DNA of 64,000 bases, taken from the NCBI GenBank assembly GCA_020853705.1, contig JADYYK010000079.1, positions 18,572 to 82,571 on the forward strand. The letters are read 5' to 3'. The stretch is from Deltaproteobacteria bacterium (GTDB taxonomy: Bacteria; Myxococcota_A; Polyangia; Haliangiales; JADYYK01). Position numbers and translations under genes: made by a program. Below are positions 6,973 to 19,847 of the stretch, one piece after another (the stretch's first letter is position 1; every line of letters starts with the position of its first letter). A model generated the notes under the pieces. That model searched no databases, was not told the origin of the DNA, and saw only the letters and a program-made list of their open reading frames with translations.

Positions 6973-9900
6973 AAGTGCAGGCGCCCGGTGGGGTCGTCGC
7001 CGAGCTCGGGATCCAGCGGGATCGCGTACTCGACCGAGATGAACCCCACCGGGAGCTGCCAGCGCAGCAGGCCCAGCCCGAGGCTGTGGCGCAGCTGGCT
7101 GACCTTGAAGCCGCGCAGTGAGTTGGTCACGATCCCGGTGTCGAGGAACACCGCCACCGAGATCGGGAAGCCGAAGAAGCGCGCCACCTGCACCTGCAGG
7201 TCGATGTTGTGCAGGAGGCGCACGTTGCCGCCCTGGGGCAGCACCCGGAACTGCTCGAACCTGGGCAGCGGCGCCACCCCGGTGCGCACCACCTCGCGCA
7301 AGAGCAGGTCCTCCTCGAGGCCGCGCACGGTGGTGTCGCCGCCGCCGAAGAAGCGCTCGACGGCGGGCAGCACCGCGCTGGAGATGGGCAGGCCGAAGTC
7401 GGTGCGCACGCCCTGGGCCAGGAGGATGCGCGGCCCGAGCTTGAGGTAGTGCGAGCCGGTCGCGCTCAGCTTGACGAAGTCGTCGGAGCCGCCGAGCTCG
7501 GTGGCGGCCAGCAGCGCCGACCCGGTCAGCCGGTAGCCCGCCGTCGGCAGCAGGGCGTCGTTGCGGCGATCCAGCGCGATCTGGGCCTGCACGCTGCCGG
7601 TGCGCGTGGCCAGCCGCACGGCGTCGAGGTCCTCGTCATGGCCGGCGCCGCGCACCAGCGCGATCGAGCGGTTGACCTGGCGGATGTCATAGCGCGCGCT
7701 GGCGACCAGGCCAGGGGCCAGCTCGCGGGACAGCGCCAGGCTGGCGCCGAACGACAGCAGGGTGCCCAGCCGCTCGGTGTCCTCGTTGCGCACGAAGGTC
7801 GCGGCGCGGATGGCGATCGGCGTCGGCCCGAGGTACAGGCGCGGCACCGTGTAGGCGGCGTCGGCGGCCTGGATCTCGAAGCCGAGCTCGCCGCCGATGC
7901 GCGCCTCGTGGCCGAGGCCCCACAGGTTGCGCGCGATCAGCGCCAGCGACACGAAGGCGACGTTGTCGCTGGAGGCGCCGAACGCCAGCTCGACGTCGGC
8001 GCGGTAGTCGTAGCGCTCCTCGACCTCGACCAGCAGGTGGACCACGGGCAGGCCGGCGTCGGCGGCCGCGCCCAGGGTGCGCAGCTTGACCGAGTTGAAC
8101 AGCCCCAGCGCGCGCAGGCGGCTCTCGGCGCGGTCGGCGGCGCGCGGGTCGTAGCGGTCGCCGCTGTCGATGCGGACCTCGCGCAGGATGACCTCGCGCA
8201 CGGTCTTGAAGTTACCGCGCACGAAGACGTGGCCCCAGCGCACCACCTTGCCGAGGCGCACCGCGACGTCGATGCGGACCCGGCCCGAGCTGGCGTCGGT
8301 CTGGTGCCGGGCGTCGATGCTGGCGCCGGGGAAGCCGCGACGCTCGAGGTGCTGGCGCAGGCGGGACACCGCGTCGCGCAGGGCCTCGGCGGTGAAGGGC
8401 TGGCCCTCGTACAGGCGCAGCGCCGCCTCGATGCCGGCGCGCTCGGACGCCGCGCGGGCGTCGGAGTCGGCGTCGAGGTTGACGGCGCCGATGATGAGGC
8501 GCGGCCCCTCGTCGATGTGGAAGCGCAGGATGAGGCCGCCGGGCTGCGCCGCCGGGCCCTCGACCACGGCGCTCAGCGCGCCGACGTGATCGAGGAGGTC
8601 AGCCGCGGGCGCGACCTCGTAGCGCACCGCGGCCTGCGGGAAGCCCTGCGAGCGGTAGAACTCCAGCAGCCGCTCGAGATCGAAGCGCAGCTGCGTGCTG
8701 GTCAGCAGCCCCTGGCTGCGCACCACGAAGGTGCGCCGGGTCGGCTTGCTGCCGATCAGGCTGGCCAGCTTCTCGGGCGTGAAGCTGGCGCTGCCGCCGA
8801 AGGTGAACAGGATCTGGCGCAGCGGGCGGCGTCGGCCCTCCTCCACGGTGAACACCACGGTGTCGTAGTCGTCCTCGGGGAAACGCTCGCGGCGCACGCC
8901 GACCTTGGCCTCGAACCAGCCGCGGCGCTGGTACTCCTGGCTGAGCTGGCGCGCCGAGCGCTCGGCCTCGTAGTCGTCGTAGGCGCCCTCGGTGTTGAAC
9001 GAGATGGCGCTCTCGAGCTCGTCGTACCGGAGCGACTTGTTGCCCTTGATGGTGACGCCGACGCGACGGCGCTCGCGCACGGTGACGTGCAGCTTGACGG
9101 TGTGCGTCTTGTGGTCGACGTCGACCGCGGGGTCGTAGGTCACACGCACGCGTGCGCCCGGGAAGCCGGCCTCGCGGTACTTGAGCTCGGCGGCGACGGC
9201 GTCGCGCTTCATGCGGTCGCGCGAGAAGGTCGGCTTGTACAGCCACGAGTACCAGGCCTTCTGCCGGAAGCTGGCCGCCAGTTCGGTGGGGCGGATGGCG
9301 ACCGCGCCGTCGACCACCACGTCACCCACGGTGTAGCGCGCGCCCAGATCGAGGCCGACGTCGAGCGCGGCCTCGTCGCGCTCCAGCTCCTCGAAGCGCA
9401 TGCGCACGCGGGCGTCGAAGTAGCCCCGGCCGTTCAAGTACTCGCGTACGGCGTCCTCCTCGGCGCGCAGCAGCGGGGCGCGGGCGCACAGCATCTCGGG
9501 CACCGGCGAGCCAGGGCGCAGCGTGATGCGGCGCTCGATGTCCTCCGACAGCACCGGCCAGCTGGTGTCGGTGCGCACGTGGCGCACCCGCATGCCGGGC
9601 GCCACGCTGAGGCGCACCGTCCAGCCCAGTCGCCCGCTCTTGTCGCGGCTGGCGCGCGAGGCGATGGCGACGCGGTAGCCGAGGTCGTTCTCGAGCACGT
9701 TGCGCAGGCGAGCCTCGATCTCGCCCGACCACTGCCGGGGACAGGGCGCGGCCTGGCCCGGGGCGCACAGGCGGGGCAGCTCGGCGTCGATCAGCGCCTC
9801 CAGCGCGGCGCGACCCTCGATGAGGCCGCCGTCCAGGGTCAGCGCCGCCAGGGCGCGCTGCGGCGTGGCCAGGGTGGGCGGCGCGTCGGGGGCGCTGGGC

Positions 9901-10256
9901 TCGCTGGCGCGGCAGCGCGGGTCGCGCCGGGCCCGGGCGCGGGCCGCCAGGCGACGCGCGGCGGCGCCCAGCAGGCGTGCCGGCGTCACCGCCCCGGACT
10001 TGGGGTTGCTGGTGATGCCGCCAGGCCGCAGCGCACCGCCCTTCGACGGCGTCAGCACCACGCCGCCCGCGCCCGGCGCGCCCGACGGCGACGGCGACGG
10101 CGAGGGGGATGCCGATGGCGACGGCGAGGGGGATGGCGACGGCGACGGCGACGGCGCGCCGGTGGCCGGCGCGTGCAGGTCCGGACGGGTCAACGTCTGG
10201 GCCTGGGCCGAAGCAGCTGCGAGCACGATGAGCCCTGCGAGGCCAGCGCGGATCAC
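6951..10256 (-). CDS. Omp85-family outer membrane protein (BamA/TamA-like) with long low-complexity N-terminal extension
   Basis: Signal peptide [19 protein letters not shown]. (SP)n linker. POTRA-like repeats. C-terminal beta-barrel ending [12 protein letters not shown] overlap with the upstream TamB-like gene. Confidence 0.85.
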   Translation of the reverse strand: MIRAGLAGLIVLAAASAQAQTLTRPDLHAPATGAPSPSPSPSPSPSPSASPSPSPSPSGAPGAGGVVLTPSKGGALRPGGITSNPKSGAVTPARLLGAAARRLAARARARRDPRCRASEPSAPDAPPTLATPQRALAALTLDGGLIEGRAALEALIDAELPRLCAPGQAAPCPRQWSGEIEARLRNVLENDLGYRVAIASRASRDKSGRLGWTVRLSVAPGMRVRHVRTDTSWPVLSEDIERRITLRPGSPVPEMLCARAPLLRAEEDAVREYLNGRGYFDARVRMRFEELERDEAALDVGLDLGARYTVGDVVVDGAVAIRPTELAASFRQKAWYSWLYKPTFSRDRMKRDAVAAELKYREAGFPGARVRVTYDPAVDVDHKTHTVKLHVTVRERRRVGVTIKGNKSLRYDELESAISFNTEGAYDDYEAERSARQLSQEYQRRGWFEAKVGVRRERFPEDDYDTVVFTVEEGRRRPLRQILFTFGGSASFTPEKLASLIGSKPTRRTFVVRSQGLLTSTQLRFDLERLLEFYRSQGFPQAAVRYEVAPAADLLDHVGALSAVVEGPAAQPGGLILRFHIDEGPRLIIGAVNLDADSDARAASERAGIEAALRLYEGQPFTAEALRDAVSRLRQHLERRGFPGASIDARHQTDASSGRVRIDVAVRLGKVVRWGHVFVRGNFKTVREVILREVRIDSGDRYDPRAADRAESRLRALGLFNSVKLRTLGAAADAGLPVVHLLVEVEERYDYRADVELAFGASSDNVAFVSLALIARNLWGLGHEARIGGELGFEIQAADAAYTVPRLYLGPTPIAIRAATFVRNEDTERLGTLLSFGASLALSRELAPGLVASARYDIRQVNRSIALVRGAGHDEDLDAVRLATRTGSVQAQIALDRRNDALLPTAGYRLTGSALLAATELGGSDDFVKLSATGSHYLKLGPRILLAQGVRTDFGLPISSAVLPAVERFFGGGDTTVRGLEEDLLLREVVRTGVAPLPRFEQFRVLPQGGNVRLLHNIDLQVQVARFFGFPISVAVFLDTGIVTNSLRGFKVSQLRHSLGLGLLRWQLPVGFISVEYAIPLDPELGDDPTGRLHFNFGFVF
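10084..10156 (-). repeat. imperfect (GCCGTC)n repeat encoding the (Ser-Pro)n linker of the Omp85 protein
   Basis: + strand reads GACGGC units interrupted by GAGGGGGAT; translates on the - strand as [23 protein letters not shown]. Confidence 0.85.
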
Positions 10257-13200
10257 GGGATCTTCCAGCGGAACCGGACCTGGCCCAGCGTGCGCCAGCC
10301 CTGCTGCTCCTCGAGCAGCAGCTCGGGGTTGCGCAGGAAGCGCTTGGCGCGCGCCTCCAGCGTGGCGTGCTCGTGCACCCGCGCGGTGCCGTACAGCTCG
10401 GTGCGCTCCTGCCCGACGGTGCAGTCGTAGATCCCGCCCACGCGCACATAGCGGCCCAGCCGCTCGGCGGCCTCGATCTCGATGCAGTTGGTCGACACCT
10501 TGACCTTGACCTCATCGAGCGAGGTGATGCGCGTCAGCGGGTCGTTGACCAGCATGGCCAGCACGTCGGAGGTCAGCTCCTTGACCAGCTGATCACCCGC
10601 CGCCAGCGCGTTGCTGTCGCGGCCCGAGTACGAGCTGACGGCCTGGTCGCCGCGCAGCTGCTGGCGCAGCGCGTTGGGCGTGCGCCCGATGGTCAGCAGC
10701 GACACCACCTCGGTGCGCTCCAGGCCGGTGTCCGAGGTCAGGTCGAACTGCACGTCCGACAGCGGCCCCAGCAGGGTCAGCGTGATGGTGTGCTCCTGCT
10801 CCGACTGGCCCGACTCGACGAACACCGTCTCGGCCACGATCTCGATGCGCGGCGTGTCGTAGGGCGGCTTCTCGTCCTTGTCGAAGTAGATGGTCCCGCT
10901 GGTGACGTTGAAGGTGCCGCGCAGGAACGGGATGCGGAACGAGCCCTCCTCGACGCGCACGATGCCGTCCAGGCGGGGGTCGTCGAGCTCGCCGGTCAGC
11001 GTCAGGCGCCCCGACAGCCCGAGGTCGGCCAGGTTGTTCTTGACCTGCATCTCACCCGCGGTGGCGATGCTGACGTCGAGGCGGGTGCGCTCCAGGTAGG
11101 GGATGCCCTTCCAGAACGGCGGCGAGTCCTCGCGGTCGACCTTGGGCAGGAAGATGGCCTTGGCGACCGAGAGCGGCTGCACGTAGCGACCGTCGACGAT
11201 CGAGATGTCGCCCTTGATGGTGAGGCTGTCCTGATCGCCGGTGACCGCCAGCGCCATGTCGGCCTCGACCTCGAACACGCCGGGCTGGCGGTACGACAGC
11301 GCGCGCGCGCGCACGTCGGTCAGCTTGACGTCGATGGGCTTGAAGGCGGCGTAGGTGACCTGGCCGCGCAGGTTGAAGTGCGCGTAGTCGACCCGCCCCG
11401 CCAGGTTCAGCTGCACCGCCGCCGGGCGCGCCAGCGTGCGCGGCACCAGGGTGATGCGGCCGCCATCGAGGATGATCTCGCGCTGCAGCCGGCGCGGCAC
11501 CAGCTCGAGCGCGCCGCGATCGAAGGTCAGGCTGCCCGACAGGTCGGGATCCGCCAGCGCCCCGGTGGCACGCACGCGTACGGTGGCGCCGCCCTGGGCG
11601 TCCGCGAAGGCCTGCGGCAGCAGGCTGGGCAGGAGGCGCGCGCCCGCGATGCCCTCCAGCGTGACGTCCAGCGTCTCGGGCTGCAGCTTGCGCAGCCCGA
11701 CGCGACCGTCGATGAACAGGCAGCGCCGGGAGCCCTGCAGCCGCTGGCACGGCGCCTCGCGCGGGGCGTTCTGCGACACCACCTCGAGCACCAGCCCATC
11801 CAGGCTCACGGTGTCCCCGGCCAGCCTGATCTGGCCGCGCTCCAGCCGCACCCGGGTGTTCTCGACCCCGCGCGGCACCAGCGAGGCGTCGTCGAACTGC
11901 ACCGTGCCCGCCAGCTGCGGCCGATCCGGCGCGCCGGTCACGGTGACGTCGACGTTGGCCGAGCCCGAAGCGCCCGCGGTCAGGCCGCGCGTGTAGAGCT
12001 CCAGCAGCGGGATCTCCAGGGTGCCGCGCGCCACCACCGCCAGCGCGCGCGACGACAGCTCGCCGGCCAGCTGGAAGCGGCTCTTGGGGCCCACGATCAC
12101 GATGGGACGATCCTTGGGCGTGGCCAGGGTGCCGTCCTGGTAGACCACGCGGGCGCCCTCGGCGGTGAAGGTCAGCGGCGCCGGCCGGGCGGCCTGGACC
12201 TGGGCGCCGATGACCGCCTGGGCCAGGCGCAGCTCGAGGCGACACAGGGTGGCGTCGAGGCGCAGGCCGGGGCGCAGGCCGCCGAGGTTGGCCAGCGCGG
12301 GCACCGTGCAGTCGGGCTTGGCGCTGGCGGCGGAGGCCGGGGTCGCCTTGCGCGCGGACGGCGCCGAGGCCGGGCCCGGCGCGGCGCGGCCCAGCTCCAG
12401 GGTCACGCGCGCGGTGGCGCGGCCGGTGCCGTCGAGCTCGCGCAGCGGCGTCCACAGCTGCTCCAGCGCCAGCTCGCTGAGGCCGAGGACGACGCGGGCC
12501 TCCAGCGGGTGCAGCGCGAAGGCGCCGCTCAGCTGGGCGCGGCCGCGCAGCAGATCGCCGCTGATGGTCTGCACCCCGTCGGGGCGACCGTCGCCGTCGG
12601 AGTCGCCCGCGCTCAGCGTCAGCAGGCTGGGGCCGAGCTCCTCGCCCTGCACGCGCATGCCATCGACCGCGATGCTGCCCACGGCGACCGGCGCGTCGAG
12701 GGCACCGACCACCGACAGGTTGACGTCGATGAGGCCGCGCTCGGCCAGGTTGGCGCGCAGGAGCTGCGGCACCACCGCCAGCGGCAGCTTGACCGGCGAG
12801 CGCAGCGACAGCGCCAGCTCGCCGCGCTCGAGATCGGCGCCGCCGATCAGCGTCAGCATGCCGCCGGCGCGGGGGGTCAGCGTGGTGTCGACCTTGGCGT
12901 GGTCGGCCTGGAGCTCGAGGCGGGTGCGCGCGGTCTTGAAGGCGACCCCGCCGGCGACCAGCCCGGTGGCCTGCGCGGTCAGGTCGGCGCTGGGGGCGCT
13001 GAAGCTGCCCGAGGCGCCGAGGTCGAGGTCGAGCCGACCGCCCAGGCCCGGGGCCACGCGCCCGAGCTCGACGCCGTCGAGGCTGAGGTTGGCGCGCTCG
13101 ATCTTGCCGCGCACGTTGCGCCCGGGCAGCACCAGGCGGGTGTTGCCCTCGAGGTGGCCGCCCAGCATGGCGGTGCGGCGCAGATCGATGGCGAGGCGGC

Positions 13201-15334
13201 CGGCGCCGAAGTTGATCGAGAGGCCGAGGCGCGGCCAGGTCACCGGGCCGGTGCGCACGCTGCGGGTGCTCAGGCTGGCGCGCACCCGGGGCTCCTCGAT
13301 GGTGCCGGTCAGGTCACCGCTGGTCTTGAGGCCGCGCAGGAGCTCGCGCACCAGCGGGCTCTTGCTCAGCAGCGGGCCGGGGTTCTTGTGCTCCAGCGTG
13401 AAGGCCAGGCCGAGGCCCCGGGTCGCCAGGTTCACGCGGCCGCGCAGGTCGACGCTGAGGCCGCTGCCGCTGAGGCCCAGGCGGCCGAGCTCGATGGCGC
13501 CCGGCGTGATGTCGAGGCTGCCGCCCAGCGCGAGGCGCGAGGGCAGGGGGGCGCTGCGGCCGCTGCGCGCCAGGGCCAGGTCAATCGCCGAGACCTCGAG
13601 CTTGGCGCCCGGGCCCTTGCCGGTGTTGCCGCCGAGGTGAAACGAGCCGCTCAGCTTGCCGGCGAGGTAGGGCGAAAGGCCCGGTGGCAGAGCGGCGTCG
13701 GTGCGCACCCCGTCGAGCGACAGCGTGGCGTCGACCGAGTCGTCGTTCAGCCCCAGGCGAGCCTGGCCGCGCAGCTGACCGCCGAGGAGCTCGACCTGGA
13801 TGCCGTCGACGGTCATCACGCCGCGGGCGATGCGGGCGTGGCCGCGCCGCAGGATGGGGCGCAGCTGGGTCAGGTCGAGGCCGCGCGGCGTGGCAGCCGC
13901 GGCGCCGGCGGGGGGGCGGGAGCGCTTCGGGCTGCGTGCGGGCGCCGGGGTCGGATCGGGCGCGGGCGCGGGCGCCCGGGTCGGCGCCGGTCTGGGCGCT
14001 GCTGGATCGGCCGGATCAGCTGGCGCAGCCGGGTCGGCCTGGTCGGCGGGGCCGAGCTGCAGATCCTCGGGCGAGATGTCGAGCGTGAGGTCATCCCAGG
14101 GCCCCTCGACATGGACCGCCAGGCGGCCCCCGGACTGCACCGCCAAAAGCGCGCGCATGTTCGGCGGCATCAGGTCGTTGACCAGGTGGGCCAGCATCTC
14201 GCCGGAGCGCTCGACCTCGAGATCGAGGCGCAGGCCGCCGCGGGTGGTCGGATCGTCGAGGAAGGCGCCCCACACGTGCAGCGGCGACCCCGCCGCCGAC
14301 ATGGTCAGATCGAACTGGGTCTCGTGCGGGCGATCGCGCACGCGCTCGAAGCGCTTGCCGCCGAGATCGCTCAGCGCCAGGGTGCGCCCGGCGGGCAGCT
14401 CGACCACGCCGGTGGGTGCGCTGGGCGTCACGCTGAAGGTCAGCACCGGGCGCAGGCGATCGCGCTGCGAGGTCCACAGCGTCGCCGCGCCCGACAGCTC
14501 GGGCAGGTGCGCGCGCCAGGTCGGCCAGCGCAGATCGAGATCGATGTGCTCGAGCTTGACCCGATCCAGCGCGATGACCGCCCCCGGCTTGCCGACCTGG
14601 CCGGGCGGCGTCGGCACCTTGGGCGCGAACGCCGCCAGCAGGTTCACCGTGAGGAGTGCGCCCGGCGTGCCGGGCTCGACGCCAGGCGGCAGCTCGCCGC
14701 GCACGATCACCGTGGCACGATCGACGGTGACCTCGGAGGCCAGGATGTCCTGGTGCGGCGACCAGGGCATGAACGGGCGCGGTCGGATGCGCCCGCTGGC
14801 GCGCGGGATCTCCAGCGCCAGGCGGCCCTGGGGATCGAAGATGCGCACGCCGCGGACGACCACCGGGGTGGTGCGATCACGCAGCACCGCCAGGATCGCG
14901 GAGGGCTCCCAGTCGACCGAGTCGATCTCGACCCGCCCGACGATCCCCTTGTTGATCCCGGCCGCGATCTTCCTGGCCAGCGCGGGCCCGTTGTAGGCCA
15001 CCCGCAGCACGATGTAGCCGATCAGCGCGCCCAGCAGCAGCGTGCCGAGCAGACCCAGCCCGACCCAGCGCAGCCAGCGCGGTCGAGGCTTCTTCGGCCT
15101 GCGCCCCTCGCGAAACACGCGCACGGCCACCGGCGGCACCACCGCGGCGGCCGGGGCCCCCGCGGGGGTCTGCGCCGGCGCGCCCTCGCGCTCGGGTGCC
15201 CCCACGCCCTCGCCGCTGGCACCCGCGCCACCCACACCCGCAGCCACGCTGGAGGTCCGGGCGGACACCCCTGCCACCGCCGCCTGGGCGGTCGCCTCGG
15301 AGGCGTCGGGCGGGGGCGGGTTCGACTCGGGCAC
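10253..15334 (-). CDS. tamB: TamB-like translocation and assembly module protein (AsmA/DUF490 family), 1693 aa
   Basis: N-terminal single TM anchor (WVGLGLLGTLLLGALIGYIVL). Very long beta-rich body with repetitive L-x-L-x-G segments. C-terminal DUF490-like region. Immediately upstream of, and overlapping, an Omp85 gene. Confidence 0.75.
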   Translation of the reverse strand: MPESNPPPPDASEATAQAAVAGVSARTSSVAAGVGGAGASGEGVGAPEREGAPAQTPAGAPAAAVVPPVAVRVFREGRRPKKPRPRWLRWVGLGLLGTLLLGALIGYIVLRVAYNGPALARKIAAGINKGIVGRVEIDSVDWEPSAILAVLRDRTTPVVVRGVRIFDPQGRLALEIPRASGRIRPRPFMPWSPHQDILASEVTVDRATVIVRGELPPGVEPGTPGALLTVNLLAAFAPKVPTPPGQVGKPGAVIALDRVKLEHIDLDLRWPTWRAHLPELSGAATLWTSQRDRLRPVLTFSVTPSAPTGVVELPAGRTLALSDLGGKRFERVRDRPHETQFDLTMSAAGSPLHVWGAFLDDPTTRGGLRLDLEVERSGEMLAHLVNDLMPPNMRALLAVQSGGRLAVHVEGPWDDLTLDISPEDLQLGPADQADPAAPADPADPAAPRPAPTRAPAPAPDPTPAPARSPKRSRPPAGAAAATPRGLDLTQLRPILRRGHARIARGVMTVDGIQVELLGGQLRGQARLGLNDDSVDATLSLDGVRTDAALPPGLSPYLAGKLSGSFHLGGNTGKGPGAKLEVSAIDLALARSGRSAPLPSRLALGGSLDITPGAIELGRLGLSGSGLSVDLRGRVNLATRGLGLAFTLEHKNPGPLLSKSPLVRELLRGLKTSGDLTGTIEEPRVRASLSTRSVRTGPVTWPRLGLSINFGAGRLAIDLRRTAMLGGHLEGNTRLVLPGRNVRGKIERANLSLDGVELGRVAPGLGGRLDLDLGASGSFSAPSADLTAQATGLVAGGVAFKTARTRLELQADHAKVDTTLTPRAGGMLTLIGGADLERGELALSLRSPVKLPLAVVPQLLRANLAERGLIDVNLSVVGALDAPVAVGSIAVDGMRVQGEELGPSLLTLSAGDSDGDGRPDGVQTISGDLLRGRAQLSGAFALHPLEARVVLGLSELALEQLWTPLRELDGTGRATARVTLELGRAAPGPASAPSARKATPASAASAKPDCTVPALANLGGLRPGLRLDATLCRLELRLAQAVIGAQVQAARPAPLTFTAEGARVVYQDGTLATPKDRPIVIVGPKSRFQLAGELSSRALAVVARGTLEIPLLELYTRGLTAGASGSANVDVTVTGAPDRPQLAGTVQFDDASLVPRGVENTRVRLERGQIRLAGDTVSLDGLVLEVVSQNAPREAPCQRLQGSRRCLFIDGRVGLRKLQPETLDVTLEGIAGARLLPSLLPQAFADAQGGATVRVRATGALADPDLSGSLTFDRGALELVPRRLQREIILDGGRITLVPRTLARPAAVQLNLAGRVDYAHFNLRGQVTYAAFKPIDVKLTDVRARALSYRQPGVFEVEADMALAVTGDQDSLTIKGDISIVDGRYVQPLSVAKAIFLPKVDREDSPPFWKGIPYLERTRLDVSIATAGEMQVKNNLADLGLSGRLTLTGELDDPRLDGIVRVEEGSFRIPFLRGTFNVTSGTIYFDKDEKPPYDTPRIEIVAETVFVESGQSEQEHTITLTLLGPLSDVQFDLTSDTGLERTEVVSLLTIGRTPNALRQQLRGDQAVSSYSGRDSNALAAGDQLVKELTSDVLAMLVNDPLTRITSLDEVKVKVSTNCIEIEAAERLGRYVRVGGIYDCTVGQERTELYGTARVHEHATLEARAKRFLRNPELLLEEQQGWRTLGQVRFRWKIP

Positions 15335-15569
15335 GGTGGCTAGACGGCCGAAGTTGGCGAGGTTTCACCCCCGCAGGCCTGCCGGGAAGCTAGCACGTGG
15401 ATCACGGCCCCCGCAAAGCCCGCGCCCAGGTCAATCGACCTCGGGTCGCGCCACCCCAGCCCCCGCCAGGCCACAGCGGGACCAGCGCACGATCCCCACC
15501 ATTTCCATACCTTGATGCGCACTCGTCGCTGGCGTACCGTTTGCTCTCGTACCGTTACCAGGAGTATCC

Positions 15570-17723
15570 ATGTCTCGCGCCTGGTCCCTCTCGCTTGCAC
15601 TCGCGGTCGCCTTGCTGCTCCCCGCCTGCGGCCCCGGCGCGGGTGACGACACTTCAGGTGGCGACGCCGGACCGGTCGGACCACAGCGGCCCGACGCCGA
15701 CAAGGACGGCATCTCGGACGCCGACGAGGCGCGCGGCTCGAGCCGCGACAGCGATCGCGACGGCATGCCCGACTACCTCGACACCGACTCCGACAACGAC
15801 ACCCTGCCCGACGCCTTCGAGGCCGGCGACAGCGATACCCGCACCCCGCCTCGTGACAGCGACGGTGACGGCAAGCCCGACTTCCTCGACGACGACTCCG
15901 ACGGCAACGGCCGCCCCGATCGCCTCGAGGGCATGGCCGACACCGACAACGACAGCCAGCCCGACTTCGCCGATCGCGACGACGACAACGACAACCTGAT
16001 GGACACCCTGGAGATCGGCCCCGACACCACGCTGCCCAATGACAGCGACGGCGACGCCACGCCCGACTACAAGGACACCGACTCCGACAACGACAGCATC
16101 CTCGACCAGAACGACGGCATCACCGACCTCGACGCCGACTCGCTGCCCGCCTTCATCGACGTCGACTCCGACGGCGACTGCCGGCCCGACAGCTTCGAGG
16201 CCGGTGACAGCGATCCGGCCACCCGTCCCATCGACACCGATCGCGACACCGTGCCCGACTTCCTCGACGTCGACGCCGACAACGACGGCCTGCTCGATCG
16301 CCTCGAGGATCGCGACTGCAACGGCATCGTCGGCGTCGGCGAGTCCGACCCCAAGCTGACCGACACCGACATGGACGGCGTCACCGACCTGGTCGAGATC
16401 GCCGCCGGCACCAACCCGGGCGACGCCAGCTCCAACCCGCGCACGCGCGGCGACTTCGTCTTCCTGGAGCCCTACAACAAGCCCGCCGATCCGGCGCGCG
16501 ACACCCTCGACTTCTCGACCACGGTGACCAAGGCCGACGTCTTCATCAACATGGACGTCACCGGCTCGATGCAGGGCGCCATCAACAACGTGCGCAACAG
16601 CATCCGCGACCAGATCGTGCCCGCCATCCGCAGCCAGATCCCCAACACTGGGTTCGGCTTCGGCTTGTATCGCGACTTCAACACCTCGCCCTACGGCCAG
16701 GCCGGCGATCAGCCGTTCCGCCTGGTGCACCGCATCATGACCGCCAACACCGCAGCGGGGCTGAACTCGATCGTGGGCGCCACCAACGACGCCGAGGTGG
16801 TCGCGCGCGGCGGCAACGACACCCCCGAGTCGGGCTGGGAGGCGCTGTACCAGATCGTCGAGGGCACCGGCATCAGCGTCGGCAACGCCAGCGTGCCCGC
16901 CTTCAACCCGGCCACCGCACCGCCCAGCAGCGCGCCCGCGGGCGAGGAGATCAACACCGCGGCGACCGGGCGCGGCGTGGGCTGGCGCCAGGGCGCGCTG
17001 CCCATCGTCCTGATGGTGACCGACGCGCCCAGCCACGAGGACTACGGCTTCACCGGCTTCCACAACCGCGCCACCACGGTCGGGCGGCTGCAGATGCGCC
17101 AGATCCGGGTCATCGGCGTCTATGTCGACACCTTCTCGGACGCCACCGCCAAGGCGCAGCTGGTCGCGCTGTCGAGCGACACCGGCGCGCGGGTGCCGGC
17201 GACCGCCTGGGACGGCGCGCGGCCCACGGGCTGCGGCGCGGGGCAGTGCTGCACCGGCATCAACGGCGCCGGGGTGGCGGCCAGCGGCGGCATGTGCAAC
17301 CTGACCTTCGACGTGGCCGGCAACGGCACCGGGCTGTCGACCAGCATCGCCAAGGGGATCGAGGTGCTGACCAAGTCGGGCACCCTGGACGTCGAGGCCA
17401 TCGCCGAGGACGATCCCTCCGACGCGGTCAACGCCGTGACGTCGTTCATCATGGAGCTGGTGCCGGCGCCCAACGCCCCGGCGCCGTGCACCACCGGCGG
17501 GCCGACCGCGCGCGTGATGGGGAACAAGTATCTCGACGTCTCGCCGGGCTACAAGGTGTGCTTCGACGTGGTGCCCAAGATGAACACCACGGTGATGGCG
17601 ACCACCGAGCCGCAGCTGTTCAAGGCCTCGATCAAGGTCGTGGGTGACGGCGTCACCGTGCTGTCGACGCGCAGCGTGTTCTTCCTGGTGCCGCCGGAGA
17701 TCCCGATCCCCGAGATCGACTGA
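15570..17723 (+). CDS. secreted lipoprotein with thrombospondin type-3 Ca-binding repeats and C-terminal vWA-like domain
   Basis: Lipobox LLLPAC. About 12 Asp-rich DxDxDGxPDxxD repeats (aa ~30-280). MIDAS-like NMDVTGSM plus VLMVTDAPSH. AGGAG SD upstream. Confidence 0.8.
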   Translation: MSRAWSLSLALAVALLLPACGPGAGDDTSGGDAGPVGPQRPDADKDGISDADEARGSSRDSDRDGMPDYLDTDSDNDTLPDAFEAGDSDTRTPPRDSDGDGKPDFLDDDSDGNGRPDRLEGMADTDNDSQPDFADRDDDNDNLMDTLEIGPDTTLPNDSDGDATPDYKDTDSDNDSILDQNDGITDLDADSLPAFIDVDSDGDCRPDSFEAGDSDPATRPIDTDRDTVPDFLDVDADNDGLLDRLEDRDCNGIVGVGESDPKLTDTDMDGVTDLVEIAAGTNPGDASSNPRTRGDFVFLEPYNKPADPARDTLDFSTTVTKADVFINMDVTGSMQGAINNVRNSIRDQIVPAIRSQIPNTGFGFGLYRDFNTSPYGQAGDQPFRLVHRIMTANTAAGLNSIVGATNDAEVVARGGNDTPESGWEALYQIVEGTGISVGNASVPAFNPATAPPSSAPAGEEINTAATGRGVGWRQGALPIVLMVTDAPSHEDYGFTGFHNRATTVGRLQMRQIRVIGVYVDTFSDATAKAQLVALSSDTGARVPATAWDGARPTGCGAGQCCTGINGAGVAASGGMCNLTFDVAGNGTGLSTSIAKGIEVLTKSGTLDVEAIAEDDPSDAVNAVTSFIMELVPAPNAPAPCTTGGPTARVMGNKYLDVSPGYKVCFDVVPKMNTTVMATTEPQLFKASIKVVGDGVTVLSTRSVFFLVPPEIPIPEID
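15690..16400 (+). repeat. array of degenerate TSP3-type Asp-rich repeats (coding)
   Basis: Recurring GACxxCGAC(A/G)xCGAC nucleotide motif and DSDxDxxPD peptide motif; approximate bounds. Confidence 0.7.
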
Positions 17724-17753
17724 CGGTCCGGGCCCGGCGCGAGGCACGGTGAG

Positions 17754-19373
<1,620 letters not shown>

Positions 19374-19395
19374 GAGCTGCGTCGCCGCGGGCTCG

Positions 19396-19737
19396 TCAGT
19401 CGTCGGAGTCGCGATTCTGGAACCGGCGCCACTGGCCGCCGGCGACCAGGCTGATGCCGCTGCCCAGCGCGACCAGCGCGCGGGTCGGGAAGCCCAGCGT
19501 GGGCTGCCCGTGCACGACCTTGACCGCGGCCAGGTACAGCACCAGGATGACGCCGCCCAGCACGATCAGCGCGGCGCCGCAGATCATCATCACGACGCCG
19601 AACCGGCGCTGCGCACGCCGCGGATCGGTCGGCTCGCGCCAGGTCCCGGCGCGCTGGGCCGCCTCCCGCGCGGCGGCCTCGCGGCGCACCGCCGCCAGGT
19701 AGCTCGACGCCGCATCCTCGGGGGTGGGGTCGCTCAT
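19396..19737 (-). CDS. hypothetical small membrane protein (2 TM)
   Basis: Start at MSDPTPED (ATG 19737). Helices FGVVMMICGAALIVLGGVILVLYLAAV and ALVALGSGISLVAGG. Convergent with the kinase. Confidence 0.5.
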   Translation of the reverse strand: MSDPTPEDAASSYLAAVRREAAAREAAQRAGTWREPTDPRRAQRRFGVVMMICGAALIVLGGVILVLYLAAVKVVHGQPTLGFPTRALVALGSGISLVAGGQWRRFQNRDSDD

Positions 19738-19847
19738 GGGCAGAATTCTAGCAGCGTCGCGCAGGTCGTGGCGGCAATCTGCCGGCCCTTGCGACGCCAC
19801 CGCTTCGGGGTTGCCCGCCCCGGGCCGGCCCCCTACAGTGCGCCGCG

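Noticed and set aside
15318-15335. GGTTCGACTCGG resembling a tRNA T-loop
   Set aside because: The flanks do not form T-arm, acceptor or anticodon stems, and the sequence lies within the TamB-like start region.
7209-15343. Very long + strand ORFs (7209..10430, 1073 aa; 10367..15343, 1658 aa) opposite the Omp85/TamB genes
   Set aside because: These are mirror ORFs typical of high-GC DNA. Their products are Arg/Ala/Gly/Gln/His-rich with no motifs, whereas the minus-strand frames carry signal peptides, a beta-barrel C-terminus and coherent domain logic.
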